From Minisyncoccota bacterium (lineage in GTDB: Bacteria; Patescibacteriota; Minisyncoccia; Phycocordibacterales; SBAW01), in the NCBI GenBank assembly GCA_035546575.1, contig DASZWN010000002.1:187319-251318 (forward strand): a stretch of 64,000 nt of DNA, in the 5' to 3' direction. Shown here in pieces: positions 40,206 to 50,594 of the stretch (position 1 is its first letter; each line of letters begins with the position of its first letter). Under the pieces are notes generated by a model, which was not told the DNA's origin, ran no database searches, and saw only the letters and a program-made list of their open reading frames with translations. Both the position numbers and the translations under genes were made by a program.

Positions 40206-42115
40206 ATGGTTATGGTGTGCTCTGTGTGTTCCTCAAGTGAGCGGATTATCAGCACGATAACGATAGCCACGATACCAAGTACTGCGAGCCACCACATGTG
40301 CCATACCATCGCAAAACCGAACGCAAATGCACACGCAGCGATAATACACCCAATAAACGAGTTATTTGGAATTTCAATCTCGACTTTCTTTTCAGAAATA
40401 GTTTTAAGATTTTGTTTTTTTATCTCCCACCACGCATCTCTGTCGGTAACAGTCGGGATCACCGCAAAGTTGTAGTGCGGCGGCGGCGAAGAGGTCGACC
40501 ACTCGAGCGTGCGGCCGTTCCATGGATCGCCAGTAGTATCGCGATACTGGTTGCGCTGTTTGATGCTGACAACAAGTTGGAGGAATTGGAAAAAGATCGC
40601 AAGCGCTATAACGCATACGCCAAGCGCGGCAACAATAAAGAGCGGCTGCCAGCTCGGGTCTACCACATCGAGCCTGCGCGTTGCGCCCATAAAGCCCAAA
40701 ATGTAGAGCGGCATAAACGCGAGCAAAAACCCGGTGATCCAGCTCCAAAAGGCGTAGCGACCAAGGCGCTCGTTGAGGGTAAAGCCAAATAGTTTTGGGA
40801 ACCAGTATGCAAGCCCCGCAAAATAGCCAAACAGCACGCCTCCGATAACCATGTTATGGAAGTGCGCTACCAAAAACAGGCTGTTGTGGAGCTCAAAGTC
40901 CGCGGCGGGCACCGACATAAGCACCCCTGTCATGCCGCCGATAATAAACGTGCTGAGGAAGCCCATAAACCACAGCATTGGCGTTGGGAATAAAATCCGC
41001 CCGCGGAACATCGTAAACAGCCAGTTAAACACCTTAACGCCTGTTGGTATCGCAATCACCATGGTCATGATGCCAAAGAACGCGTTTACATCCGCTCCCG
41101 CGCCCATCGTAAAGAAGTGGTGCACCCATACCAAAAACGAGAGTACGACAATGCTCATGGTCGCAACGACCATTGAGGTATAGCCAAAAAGCTTTTTTTG
41201 CGAAAAGACCGGAACAATTTCGGAGAATATGCCGAAGGCTGGCAAAATAAGGATATATACCTCCGGGTGGCCCCAGGCCCAAATGAGGTTGACGTACATC
41301 ATGGCCGAGCCGCCTAAATCGGTCGTAAAAAAGTGCATACCGAGCGTGCGGTCGAGTGCTAGGAGCGCTAACGTGACCGTGAGTATCGGAAAGGCAAATA
41401 TCACAAGGATCATCGAACCGAGGCTGGTCCAGACAAAAATCGGCATGCGCATGAGGCTCATACCCGGCGCGCGCATTTTTATAATCGTTACCAAAAAGTT
41501 AATACCGGCAGCAAGCGTGCCCACGCCCGCTATCTGGAGCGCCCAAATGTAGTAGTCAACCCCTACCCCGGGGCTATACGCGAGTTCGGAGAGAGGCGGG
41601 TATGCAAGCCAGCCGGTTGCGGCAAAGTCGCCGATTACGAGCGAGGCGTTGAGAAGCATCGCGCCCACAACCGTGAGCCAAAAGCTTATCGAGTTGAGGA
41701 GCGGGTAGGCCACGTCGCGTGCGCCGATCTGCAGCGGCACGATAAAGTTAAGCAGCGCAAACATGAACGGCATCGCGACAAAAAAGATCATGATAACTCC
41801 GTGCGCTGTAAAAATCTGCCCGTAGTGCTCGGGGGTGAGAAACCCGGGGCTCCCGGGCAAGCTGGTGGCCTGTTGCACGCGCATCATTGCCGCGTCGGCG
41901 CCGCCGCGGAATAGCATGACAACCGAGAGTATCAGATACATCACGCCGATTTTTTTATGGTCGAGGGTTGTGAGCCACTCGCGGTAGAGCCAGCCCCACG
42001 CACGGTAATAGAGCACGAGCCCCATTACCGCAATGCCGCCAAAGACCACCATGAGTTGCGGTACTGTCTCGATCGGTCCATGTATGAATGCTTGTGGGGT
42101 AAGGATGCCAAACAT
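40202..42115 (-). CDS. cyoB: cytochrome bo3 ubiquinol oxidase subunit I
   Basis: [25 protein letters not shown]; quinol-site R/D/H/Q in FRGGAD and EHYGQ. Confidence 0.97.
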   Translation of the reverse strand: MFGILTPQAFIHGPIETVPQLMVVFGGIAVMGLVLYYRAWGWLYREWLTTLDHKKIGVMYLILSVVMLFRGGADAAMMRVQQATSLPGSPGFLTPEHYGQIFTAHGVIMIFFVAMPFMFALLNFIVPLQIGARDVAYPLLNSISFWLTVVGAMLLNASLVIGDFAATGWLAYPPLSELAYSPGVGVDYYIWALQIAGVGTLAAGINFLVTIIKMRAPGMSLMRMPIFVWTSLGSMILVIFAFPILTVTLALLALDRTLGMHFFTTDLGGSAMMYVNLIWAWGHPEVYILILPAFGIFSEIVPVFSQKKLFGYTSMVVATMSIVVLSFLVWVHHFFTMGAGADVNAFFGIMTMVIAIPTGVKVFNWLFTMFRGRILFPTPMLWFMGFLSTFIIGGMTGVLMSVPAADFELHNSLFLVAHFHNMVIGGVLFGYFAGLAYWFPKLFGFTLNERLGRYAFWSWITGFLLAFMPLYILGFMGATRRLDVVDPSWQPLFIVAALGVCVIALAIFFQFLQLVVSIKQRNQYRDTTGDPWNGRTLEWSTSSPPPHYNFAVIPTVTDRDAWWEIKKQNLKTISEKKVEIEIPNNSFIGCIIAACAFAFGFAMVWHMWWLAVLGIVAIVIVLIIRSLEEHTEHTITI

Positions 42116-42116
42116 A

Positions 42117-42935
42117 TTAGTGATGATGCGCGCCAGGGCTCAGGAGGTCCATGTACTTTTCCATGATCGTAGTATACAGACCATCTTCTACCTCTCCATA
42201 ATATGCCACAGGGTCGCCAGTGCTTGGCCGAGCAAGAAAAGTATACGAATCGTCGGAGAGCACATTGGCGGAGAGCTTGGTCGTTTGTGCCCATGCATCA
42301 AACTCGTCTTCCGGCACCGCTTCGACCACGAACTTCATCCCCGCAAAACCGGCACCACTATAGTTGGCCGAGCCGCCCGCAAAGGTGCCCGTCTCGCTCG
42401 CTTCTAGGTTTAGTACATTGCTCATGCCGGTCATGGCATAAATCTGGCCGCCGAGCTGCGGCACCCAAAACGAGTTCATCGGTGCATCGGCAGTAACTTC
42501 AAACTGTACCGGGCGGCCAACAGGAATGCGCAGATAGTTTATGGTTGCGATTCCCTCTTCCGGATAGATAAAAAGCCACTTCCAATTGAGCGCTACAACC
42601 TGCACCACCAATGGCGGTTCACCCCGAGCAGAGTCGAGGGGCTTATTGGGCGCAAGCGCGTGCGTGCTGCTCCAGGTGAGGGCGCCCAGAATAAGGATGA
42701 TCTCAAAGGGGATTGCCCACCAGACTAACTCGTCCATTTTGGAGTGCTCCCAATCGGGCATATACTTTGCCTTGGTGTTGCCGGCGCGGTATTTCCATGC
42801 AAAAAAGAAAAGGAGTATGTAGACCGGGATAGCCACAATGAGCATAAACTCCACTGCGTGGAGCATAAGCCCGCGCTCGGCAAGGGCAATCGTGCCCGAT
42901 GGTTGTAGCAGTGGGAATGCGCTCGTGAGCGGCAT
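42117..42935 (-). CDS. cyoA: cytochrome bo3 oxidase subunit II
   Basis: [33 protein letters not shown]; no CuA cysteines. Confidence 0.95.
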   Translation of the reverse strand: MPLTSAFPLLQPSGTIALAERGLMLHAVEFMLIVAIPVYILLFFFAWKYRAGNTKAKYMPDWEHSKMDELVWWAIPFEIILILGALTWSSTHALAPNKPLDSARGEPPLVVQVVALNWKWLFIYPEEGIATINYLRIPVGRPVQFEVTADAPMNSFWVPQLGGQIYAMTGMSNVLNLEASETGTFAGGSANYSGAGFAGMKFVVEAVPEDEFDAWAQTTKLSANVLSDDSYTFLARPSTGDPVAYYGEVEDGLYTTIMEKYMDLLSPGAHHH

Positions 42936-42942
42936 GTGATTT

Positions 42943-43323
42943 TTAAAAGCCCAACGAGATAGTGAGGGCGAAGAGGGCTACGCTTGCAATAACGGGCGAA
43001 AGCACAAGGCGCGTCGGATACACGAGCGCAATGTTGCGCATTTTTGCAAAAAGGGCTGCTTCCACTACCGCGCATACGCCTAGGTACTCAAGAATATGGA
43101 GGCTGAGCGCTGTTGCAGAAAGGTCGGGCGAAGTAATTGCGAGTACGGTGCCGCTAAAAACTTCAAATGCAGCAACTCCCGCAAGTGCGAGCGCAATACT
43201 GCGATACATCTGTACATGTCCGCGCAGTACTGCATAAAGAGCATATAAAATAACCGCTCCGGTCAATGCCGCAGTCGCGAGATGGAGACCTAAGGTAATT
43301 ACGTATGTCATATCTATAATCAT
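42943..43323 (-). CDS. 4-TM membrane protein heading the cyo operon
   Basis: Hydrophobic ORF ending 7 nt before cyoA; start uncertain. Confidence 0.7.
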   Translation of the reverse strand: MIIDMTYVITLGLHLATAALTGAVILYALYAVLRGHVQMYRSIALALAGVAAFEVFSGTVLAITSPDLSATALSLHILEYLGVCAVVEAALFAKMRNIALVYPTRLVLSPVIASVALFALTISLGF

Positions 43324-43336
43324 ACCCTATATTTTG

Positions 43337-43409
43337 TGGACCGGAGGGAAGTCGAATCCCTGACCTCGTCAATGCGAATGACGCGCTCTACCAGCTGAGC
43401 TACCGGCCC
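43337..43409 (-). tRNA. tRNA-Ala (CGC)
   Basis: Cloverleaf GGGCCGG...CCGGTCCA, anticodon CGC, G3:U70, CCA not encoded. Confidence 0.95.
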
Positions 43410-43430
43410 ATAGACACAGAATAAAATATC

Positions 43431-44048
43431 TTATTTCTTGCGTTTGTGCATGTTCCGGTCGGACTCTTTGCGGTCGACAAACCAGCTATCGGCTTTGTTA
43501 AACCACCAAGAATCAGGGCGAGTCTTTGCGAGGAGCCTCCCTAGATCTTTCCCGGCAGGAGTCTTGAGCCGTTTGATTGCAATCACAATCCACTCTTTTG
43601 CCTTTGCGTTGCCTTTTACCTCCTCTTCGCGAAGTGATGCGATCCACTCTAATGTATCTGCATCTTTTACTACCTTTGCTTCGGGAGTTTTGCGATCATG
43701 CTCTTCTACATACACGTCTCGCAGTTCTTTACCAAAAGGAACTGCTTTTGAAATATCTTCAAATGCCGCCGTCTCTGCCAAACGGCCATATCGCTGGTGG
43801 ACATAGTTAAGGTCTGAGGTGCGGCCTTCTGCAAAGTCATGCACAAGCGCCATAAATACTACCTTCTGCTTATCAACTTTAGGCGTGAGGTACGCAAGCG
43901 CATAGGCAATAATCGCCGCACGGAAAAGATGCTCCGCAACAGACTGCTGTCCGCTACCTAAAAACCAATATCCTGATCGCGGCGTATGCCGCAGTATCCC
44001 GGCTTCGTAAATGAAGTCGGTAATTTTTTGTAAGTCGTCTTTTTTCAT
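43431..44048 (-). CDS. HD-domain phosphohydrolase (YfbR/HD_3-like)
   Basis: PRSGY, SVAEH, VHDFAE, KDAD.LE. Confidence 0.9.
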   Translation of the reverse strand: MKKDDLQKITDFIYEAGILRHTPRSGYWFLGSGQQSVAEHLFRAAIIAYALAYLTPKVDKQKVVFMALVHDFAEGRTSDLNYVHQRYGRLAETAAFEDISKAVPFGKELRDVYVEEHDRKTPEAKVVKDADTLEWIASLREEEVKGNAKAKEWIVIAIKRLKTPAGKDLGRLLAKTRPDSWWFNKADSWFVDRKESDRNMHKRKK

Positions 44049-44084
44049 AGCTGCCGGCTACCAAAGTCTAAATTCAGAAACAGG

Positions 44085-44109
44085 GTCGGAGTGCCGAGAA
44101 TCGGACTCG
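44085..44109 (-). repeat. 25-bp direct duplication of the tRNA-Pro 3' end
   Basis: GTCGGAGTGCCGAGAATCGGACTCG is identical to 44171-44195. Confidence 0.9.
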
Positions 44110-44171
44110 CTGGTGCGTCTCACGCACCAAAATGTAAAAGATACGCACGCATTGTATTTTCGAAGGCTCTG

Positions 44172-44242
44172 TCGGAGTGCCGAGAATCGGACTCGGGTCT
44201 TACGCACCCGAAGCGCATGTAATACCACTATACCACACTCCG
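44172..44242 (-). tRNA. tRNA-Pro (CGG)
   Basis: CGGAGTG...CACTCCGA acceptor, anticodon loop TT-CGG-GT; atypical T-loop TCCGATT. Confidence 0.88.
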
Positions 44243-44346
44243 ACAGAGCCTTCGACGAGGCATGTGTTACCATTCCCAAAAGGAAACAGATGCAGCAATA
44301 CTAGCCGAATTTCCAGAAAAAGAAAATGTGCTAAGATGCGGTATGT

Positions 44347-45393
44347 ATGCGGCTGGAGGAGGACGTAAAGCTCGATTTTAAAGATGTCCTTATTCGACCT
44401 AAACGCTCTACCCTCACCTCTCGCTCTGAAGTAGATCTTACTCGCACGTTCGACTTTAAAGTCTCCGGACAATCACTCACAACGGTACCGCTTATCGCCG
44501 CCAATATGGACGGCGTTGGCACCATGGCGATGGCTCGCGCATTTGCTCCGCACAACATGCTCGTGGCACTCCATAAGTATTACTCGGCTGAGGAATTAAA
44601 GAATTTTTTTGAGTCGCTTAATCCAGAGGACGCTAAGTACGTGTTCTACACAATGGGTATTAAGGAGCGCGACGTGCAGCAACTTGATGCGTTGCTCGTG
44701 ATTATGGACGAGGATCGTATTAAGAGTATCTGCATTGATGTTGCCAACGGCTACACCGAGCGTTTTGTCGAGTTTTGCAAGCAGGTCCGGACCCGCTTCC
44801 CCAATAAGATCTTGATGGCTGGCAATGTAGTGACCGGCGAGATGGTCGAGGAGCTAGCGCTGGCAGGAGTCGACATAATTAAGGTTGGTATCGGCCCAGG
44901 CTCGGTATGCACCACGCGCAAAATGACCGGTGTTGGCTACCCGCAGCTTTCGGCCGTTGTGGAGTGCGCAGATGCGGCACACGGCATCGGTGCGCGCATC
45001 TGCTCCGACGGCGGCTGCCAGGTGCCCGGCGATGTGGCAAAAGCGCTCGGTGCCGGAGCCGACTTTGTGATGATGGGCAGCATGTTTGCCGGCCACGAAG
45101 AGGCCGAGATGGAGCGATTTACTAAAAACGGTAAGGAATATTTGAAGTATTACGGCTCTTCTTCCAAAGAAGCGATGCTCAAACACCAAGGCGGTGTAGC
45201 CAAGTATCGCGCGAGCGAGGGCAAAAGCGTTGAGATCGAGTACAAAGGCAAAGTAGAAAACACGCTCCAAGACATTTTAGGCGGCCTGCGCTCGGCGTGC
45301 ACCTATGTCGGTGCCGCGCATTTGCGCGAACTCCCCAAGCGCACCACCTTTATCAGGGTGACGCAGCAGCTCAACCCGCAATATAAAGATTAA
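44347..45393 (+). CDS. guaC: GMP reductase
   Basis: [44 protein letters not shown]. Confidence 0.96.
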   Translation: MRLEEDVKLDFKDVLIRPKRSTLTSRSEVDLTRTFDFKVSGQSLTTVPLIAANMDGVGTMAMARAFAPHNMLVALHKYYSAEELKNFFESLNPEDAKYVFYTMGIKERDVQQLDALLVIMDEDRIKSICIDVANGYTERFVEFCKQVRTRFPNKILMAGNVVTGEMVEELALAGVDIIKVGIGPGSVCTTRKMTGVGYPQLSAVVECADAAHGIGARICSDGGCQVPGDVAKALGAGADFVMMGSMFAGHEEAEMERFTKNGKEYLKYYGSSSKEAMLKHQGGVAKYRASEGKSVEIEYKGKVENTLQDILGGLRSACTYVGAAHLRELPKRTTFIRVTQQLNPQYKD

Positions 45394-45417
45394 AGGCGCG
45401 CCGATGACGGCGCGCCT
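45394..45417. terminator. hairpin between convergent genes
   Basis: AGGCGCGCC-GATGAC-GGCGCGCCT. Confidence 0.6.
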
Positions 45418-45438
45418 GAAATAGTGAGGAGTCTTCGA

Positions 45439-46113
45439 TCAGTCGGAGCCTTGATGGTCTGTTCCATCCAGCTTGTACGAGGGAGTTACTTCTTCGGCCC
45501 GCTCCTCAGGAGAGCGGTACAACTGACCATCCGAGCCCATTGGGATAGGTGGAAAATCAATCGCCATCTCCCACCCGGGTTCGCCACGTGCCACCGGCTT
45601 CCAATCCCATGGAAAGTCGACCCAGCAGTCTTGGTCGACGCTGATAGCGTAGTGATCAACCAAAGGCTTGCCCGAAGTTTTGACTACAGCCGCAACAAAA
45701 ACGTAATCGGTGATGTTCAGCCGCCGCATCTCGCCGCGAACAAACTCGGCCGTCACGCCTGTGTCTGCAACGTCCTCAAAAACGTAGATCTTTCGACGTC
45801 TGGCTTGATGCAACCATTCGACGCTGATGCTTTTGAGGACTCGAAGGCCTTTTTGCTCGCGAGTAGCATCGTACGAGGTCACACCAAAGGTCTCGATGTT
45901 CTTCACCTTGCTGAGCATTGCGGTGAGGATACATGAGACACCCAACCCGCCGCGCGTTACAACGATCGCCTCGGTGATATCGGGGTATTTTTCTTGTAGA
46001 GTCTGCGCGAGCTTCCAAAGCTCGCTATGGAGCATATCCCAGGAAATCGGTAAGGATTTTGTCTCTGGTCTACTCGCAGAAGGCGGAACAAATTTCAAAA
46101 TCTTATGCATCAT
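45439..46113 (-). CDS. purine phosphoribosyltransferase (Gpt-like)
   Basis: ISWD, VTRGGL, FEDVADTGVT PRPP motif, WVDFPWD. Confidence 0.85.
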   Translation of the reverse strand: MMHKILKFVPPSASRPETKSLPISWDMLHSELWKLAQTLQEKYPDITEAIVVTRGGLGVSCILTAMLSKVKNIETFGVTSYDATREQKGLRVLKSISVEWLHQARRRKIYVFEDVADTGVTAEFVRGEMRRLNITDYVFVAAVVKTSGKPLVDHYAISVDQDCWVDFPWDWKPVARGEPGWEMAIDFPPIPMGSDGQLYRSPEERAEEVTPSYKLDGTDHQGSD

Positions 46114-46254
46114 CCTACCCTTTGTTCCGCGATCCGCGCGGCACGGTCGGCTTTTAACCGAGGTTCAAATAACAAGCTGCCTAAGAAATAGCACAGAACC
46201 CAGACATTGTTAAGCATTCAGGCAGTCTTCATATTTTTAAGCGACAATGGGTAT

Positions 46255-46767
46255 ATGCGAGGACAATCACCAGCAACAGTAAATACTATTATTGGTATTA
46301 TATTACTCGTACTTATTATTGGTCTTGGATATTGGTGGTACAGCACCACTCCCTCAGAATCCCAAACACAAATCGGCACCGCCGATGAGCAAGCAGTGCG
46401 CTCGGTCGTAACCAATTTCGGCAAGCAGCTCCAGATGGTGCCGCTTACCGCAAGCTCAGATGACATCGCAAGCGCAGTTGATCGATATTACAAACCGTAT
46501 ATAGCTCCTGAGCTGCTTGAAAAGTGGGAGGCGGCTCCTGCCAACGCGCCAGGCCGATTTACGTCGAGCCCATGGCCGGATCATATCGACATACTGACAA
46601 CCAGCAAAAACCCGGACGGCTCCTATGTTGTTGAGGGAAGCGTGGTTGAGATAACAAGCGCCGAGGTAGAGCAAGGCGGCTCCTCCGACACCTACCCGGT
46701 TGAACTGAAGTTGGAAAACAGAGACGGTAAGTGGTTGATAACCGATTACGCCCGCCGGGCGCAGTAA
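46255..46767 (+). CDS. membrane-anchored hypothetical protein (NTF2-like fold possible)
   Basis: N-terminal TM, GRFTSSPWPD..I, ..DGKWLI. Confidence 0.7.
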   Translation: MRGQSPATVNTIIGIILLVLIIGLGYWWYSTTPSESQTQIGTADEQAVRSVVTNFGKQLQMVPLTASSDDIASAVDRYYKPYIAPELLEKWEAAPANAPGRFTSSPWPDHIDILTTSKNPDGSYVVEGSVVEITSAEVEQGGSSDTYPVELKLENRDGKWLITDYARRAQ

Positions 46768-46910
46768 ACAAAAACAGAGAACCCCGACAATTGCTTTCGC
46801 AATCATCGGGGTTCCAGGAAGCGAGGAAACGGTTCTTGTTCTGCCCTTGGCTCGTGCGAGCGAGGTGCAATTACCCGTTTAAGAGGACTAGGTCCTCACC
46901 TTGGCTTTCG

Positions 46911-47138
46911 TTAGCGATCAGACATCGTGATCGAGACACTATTCTTGTTGAACATCTTGCCGACCAATTTCGGCAATATGTCCGCATAGAAATCTCTAAG
47001 CTCATTCAGATCAACTCCGGCGTCCTTGGCGATGTTACCGAGTTCGCGATTGAAGTTGTTCGGGGTCGGCATCGGTGTGCTCAAAAACCGATACTCGACG
47101 AGCTTGAGAGCGATCTCGCCCTTACGTTTGTCGTCCAT
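46911..47138 (-). CDS. small hypothetical protein
   Basis: GAAGGA SD, own promoter at 47213-47241. Confidence 0.65.
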   Translation of the reverse strand: MDDKRKGEIALKLVEYRFLSTPMPTPNNFNRELGNIAKDAGVDLNELRDFYADILPKLVGKMFNKNSVSITMSDR

Positions 47139-47212
47139 CTTCTTTCCTTCAAAGTACATCATCCACGAAACTCTCGTGGCAGAGGTTACCAAAGGTCTTT
47201 AGTAACTCTATA

Positions 47213-47241
47213 ATTATACCCCCAAACAATACAAAAGTCAA
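47213..47241 (-). promoter_or_regulatory. sigma70 promoter
   Basis: TTGACT-17nt-TATAAT on the minus strand. Confidence 0.7.
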
Positions 47242-47308
47242 TAGGTCAAGGGAGCTTTAAAATAAGGGTTCTGAGGGCCGGAAAAGAAAAGAGCTACACA
47301 GGGTAGCT

Positions 47309-47848
47309 CTAGGAAAAAATTTCTTCTTCTCGAGTGTCTTTGTCGACAGTGTCTAGCAATTGCATGGCGTTTTTGTAGAACTGTGCCGACTGAGTTACGA
47401 GGCTCCCTTGAAGAGTTTCGATCTCTACGAATACGGGAGCGCCTATAGGGCTCGGGCTATTCCGAACGATATCGTTGCGCGTCTCAAGCCTGCGCCCCGT
47501 TATCTCAAACAACCGAGTGATCGTAATCAGCAAATCTTTGCACTCCTCAACTACCCGATTCGTACTCTCTCGGTTGCGATGGAAACGTGGATCCGTATTC
47601 CGCAACATTTCTAGGGTGTCGATCAGTTCTTGGAGAGAGCCGGGAATAGAGAGTATGGATTGCCACTGGGCATCATAATCCTTGTCCCCTATCTCGATAT
47701 GATCGACTACAAGGTAGAGGAAGAATTTGACGCATCCATGCACGATGTCAGCAACTTGTGAGTAACAACCAACAAATGGTTGCAACTTGCCCCTCTTGTA
47801 GATGTGGTCTCCAAATGCAATGACCTTACCGTCACTTTCTTCTACCAT
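47309..47848 (-). CDS. hypothetical helical protein
   Basis: GGAGGA SD; 179-aa ORF. Confidence 0.65.
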   Translation of the reverse strand: MVEESDGKVIAFGDHIYKRGKLQPFVGCYSQVADIVHGCVKFFLYLVVDHIEIGDKDYDAQWQSILSIPGSLQELIDTLEMLRNTDPRFHRNRESTNRVVEECKDLLITITRLFEITGRRLETRNDIVRNSPSPIGAPVFVEIETLQGSLVTQSAQFYKNAMQLLDTVDKDTREEEIFS

Positions 47849-47945
47849 GAACGTATCCTCCGAATAGGAAAGAACCTGTATAGAAAAGTAGCATTACTAA
47901 TGCCGCTCGGTAAAGCCGTCCTGCAAGTGCAGGACATGGCTGCGC

Positions 47946-48104
47946 CCTCCACGTTGTGGTCAGGCGTTCAAAAATTGCCGTCGCAATTTTTGCCGCACGA
48001 CCCTGCCTCGCCTGTCGCCTGAGGGCGACATGACTCCGGCCTCCACGTGGTGACCCACAACTCAAATTTTGCCGTCGCAAAATTTGGTCGCAGGCCCCGC
48101 CTCG
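47946..48104. repeat. two degenerate ~94-nt tandem units, each with a GC-CGTC-GC hairpin, downstream of tRNA-Ala
   Basis: CAAAAATTGC-CGTC-GCAATTTTTG (47969-47992) and CAAATTTTGC-CGTC-GCAAAATTTG (48063-48086); shared CCTCCACGT and GCCTCGC flanks. Confidence 0.8.
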
Positions 48105-48185
48105 CGGCCCAGCAAGTGCTGGGCAACGCTCCGGCTTCCACAAGTCGAAAAAACCTGCCTCAAGGCAGGTGGTTTTTCGTACTTG

Positions 48186-48258
48186 TGGACCCTACCGGGA
48201 TCGAACCGGTCACCTCCTCATTGCAAATGAGGCGCTCTACCAGATGAGCTAAGGGCCC
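48186..48258 (-). tRNA. tRNA-Ala (TGC)
   Basis: GGGCCCT...AGGGTCCA cloverleaf, anticodon TGC, G3:U70. Confidence 0.95.
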
Positions 48259-48330
48259 TTAGACAACACTCTACACGGTTTGCGTCAAAAAATGAAGCCC
48301 CGCGGTACCTTTTAAGCCTCTCTTGACCTA

Positions 48331-48359
48331 TTGACATTTATGTTGTTTTAGTATATACT
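48331..48359 (+). promoter_or_regulatory. sigma70 promoter
   Basis: TTGACA-17nt-TATACT. Confidence 0.7.
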
Positions 48360-48420
48360 TATGGTTAGTTTTCGTACCCTGACTTTCCTAGCAACCAACG
48401 CCTTGAAAGGGCAAACAACC

Positions 48421-48978
48421 ATGCAGCTTTCCGACATCATGCACCCGCGCATTGCGGAACTGGCACGGGTTCTCCTTCCGATGATCGAGAACCCTGTCGC
48501 GCGCCCGACCTTGCTCGACCGCAGCAAGTTGACGACCGTGCGTGACCAGATCAAGCGGCTTCCCGACGAAAAGGACATCAACCTGTCCGACCGCGACGAG
48601 ACCGACCGCCAGTACCTCTACGTCGAGTCCACCCGCTTGGCCAACAGGCAGGAAGACTTCTTCGAGGAGAACGGCGACAAGTGGGAGCCGATGACGAAGG
48701 CTCAACTCATTGCGATGGGCGGCGACGCTCCTCTCGACGATGACCTCGTCAATGCCTTCCCGGTCGGCAATCTCAACAGCTTCGCCGAGAAGGAACTGCC
48801 TGGTATCCGTCGCGCGCTCCGTGTCAGGACGCTCGGCGCCCTGGCCACGCGCACTCGCTCCGAGATCGCTGGCCCCCAGGCTCGCAACGCTGGCAACAAG
48901 ACGCTGGAATGGATCGACGCCGTGTGCAGGGAGTTCAACATCGAACCCCCGAAGCACAGCGAACCCGCCATCGCCTAG
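48421..48978 (+). CDS. hypothetical protein with a C-terminal RNAP alpha-CTD-like domain
   Basis: RALRVRTLGALATRTRSEI...RNAGNKTLEWI resembles the alpha-CTD HhH pattern. Confidence 0.65.
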   Translation: MQLSDIMHPRIAELARVLLPMIENPVARPTLLDRSKLTTVRDQIKRLPDEKDINLSDRDETDRQYLYVESTRLANRQEDFFEENGDKWEPMTKAQLIAMGGDAPLDDDLVNAFPVGNLNSFAEKELPGIRRALRVRTLGALATRTRSEIAGPQARNAGNKTLEWIDAVCREFNIEPPKHSEPAIA

Positions 48979-48994
48979 CCGCCGACCGCCCACT

Positions 48995-49036
48995 ACAGAG
49001 ACCGCCCATCGGCTCTCTCGGTGGGCGGTTTTCTGT
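48995..49036 (+). terminator. intrinsic terminator
   Basis: ACAGAGACCGCCCATCG...CGGTGGGCGGTTTTCTGT. Confidence 0.8.
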
Positions 49037-49117
49037 TTATACACACTTGCACTTCACGCGCAATTAAGGTATGATATAAGATACTTATAGTATAAGTTAA
49101 TTACATTCATCGTACTC

Positions 49118-50590
49118 ATGTTATCTACTATCACAAACGGGCAGAAGATCGGGGTTATGGCGGGTGTTATGGTCGCTATGCTCCTGGCGGCGCTCGACCA
49201 GACCATCGTCTCGACAGCGATGCCAACCATTGTTAAGGAGCTCAACGGCTTAGCGGAATTAAGCTGGGTGTTTACCGCCTACATGCTCACCTCGACCATT
49301 ACGGTGCCGATTATCGGCAAGCTTTCCGATATCTACGGCCGCAAACTTTTGTATGTCATCTCGATCGTGATCTTTCTTTTGGGGTCAATCCTCTCGGGCT
49401 TTGCATCATCGATGTTTATGCTCATTGTATTCCGCGCGCTCCAGGGTATCGGCGGTGGCGCACTTATGTCGAGCGCGTTTACGGTTATCGGCGACATGTT
49501 CCCTCCCGCCGAGCGCGGCAAGTGGCAAGGATTGTTTGGCTCGGTCTTCGGCGTAGCATCGGTTATCGGCCCGGGCCTGGGCGGCTGGATCACCGAAGCG
49601 TTTTCTTGGCGCTGGGCATTCTTTATCAATATTCCGGTCGGCATCATTGCGCTCGCTATCATCTACTTCTTGATGCCGAATTTTAAGTCGTCGATCGCAC
49701 GTCGCGCGATCGACTATGTGGGTGCATTCGCTCTTGCAGTCGGGCTCACCAGCCTCCTCTTGGCGCTTGTATGGGGCGGCAGCTCATACGCATGGGGCTC
49801 GGTACAAATTAGCGGCTTGCTCGCGCTTGCAATAACTGCACTCGTTGCGTTCGGCTACACCGAGTATCATGCAGAAGATCCGATACTCCCACTGAGCCTA
49901 TTCAAGAACTCCATCTTCACGCTCTCAAATACGATCGTATTCTTTATCGGCATGGGTATGTTTGGCGCCCTCACCTACATTCCTCTCTTTGCGCAAAACG
50001 TGCTCCACATTGGCGCGGCAAACTCGGGTGTAATCCTTATGCCGCTCACCTTCGCGCTCATTGGCGCAAGCATCTTCTCCGGCCAAGTTATGTCGCGCAC
50101 CGGCAAATATAAATGGCTTGCATTCGGCGGCATTGCGGTTACCTGTATCGGCATCGGAAGCATGTTTTTTATGGATCCGACGACCAGCCAGGGTAGCCTT
50201 ATTGTGCGCATGATCATTACCGGTTTGGGGCTTGGTATCTCGATGCCGATATTCACCAACATCGTGCAAAACGCCTTTGATCACTCAAAACTCGGCGTCG
50301 TAACGGCCTCGACCCAGCTCTTCCGGAGCCTCGGTGCCACCGTTGGCGTTGCTATATTGGGGAGCATTCTTAACAACTCGCTCGCACAGGGCAACCCGCT
50401 TTCCGGCTCGATAACGAACCTCTTCCTCGTAAGCGGCGGTCTTATGTTTGCAGCGCTTATAGTCGCTTTCTTCCTTAAGGAGATCCCGCTGCGCAAGTCA
50501 CATGGTGCCCAGAATCCGCTTATTGAAGGAGCTATAGACGTAGCACTCGAGGAAGCGCAGCTCGAGCCCCGCGCAGAAGTCCGTATCTAA
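49118..50590 (+). CDS. MFS drug efflux transporter (DHA2, EmrB/QacA family)
   Basis: LDQTIVSTAMP, GKLSDIYGRK, RALQGIGGG, WRWAFFINIPVG. Confidence 0.95.
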   Translation: MLSTITNGQKIGVMAGVMVAMLLAALDQTIVSTAMPTIVKELNGLAELSWVFTAYMLTSTITVPIIGKLSDIYGRKLLYVISIVIFLLGSILSGFASSMFMLIVFRALQGIGGGALMSSAFTVIGDMFPPAERGKWQGLFGSVFGVASVIGPGLGGWITEAFSWRWAFFINIPVGIIALAIIYFLMPNFKSSIARRAIDYVGAFALAVGLTSLLLALVWGGSSYAWGSVQISGLLALAITALVAFGYTEYHAEDPILPLSLFKNSIFTLSNTIVFFIGMGMFGALTYIPLFAQNVLHIGAANSGVILMPLTFALIGASIFSGQVMSRTGKYKWLAFGGIAVTCIGIGSMFFMDPTTSQGSLIVRMIITGLGLGISMPIFTNIVQNAFDHSKLGVVTASTQLFRSLGATVGVAILGSILNNSLAQGNPLSGSITNLFLVSGGLMFAALIVAFFLKEIPLRKSHGAQNPLIEGAIDVALEEAQLEPRAEVRI

Positions 50591-50594
50591 CAGT

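Noticed and set aside
44110-44170. Prophage or integrative element at tRNA-Pro
   Set aside because: Only 61 nt lie between the direct repeats and no integrase is nearby
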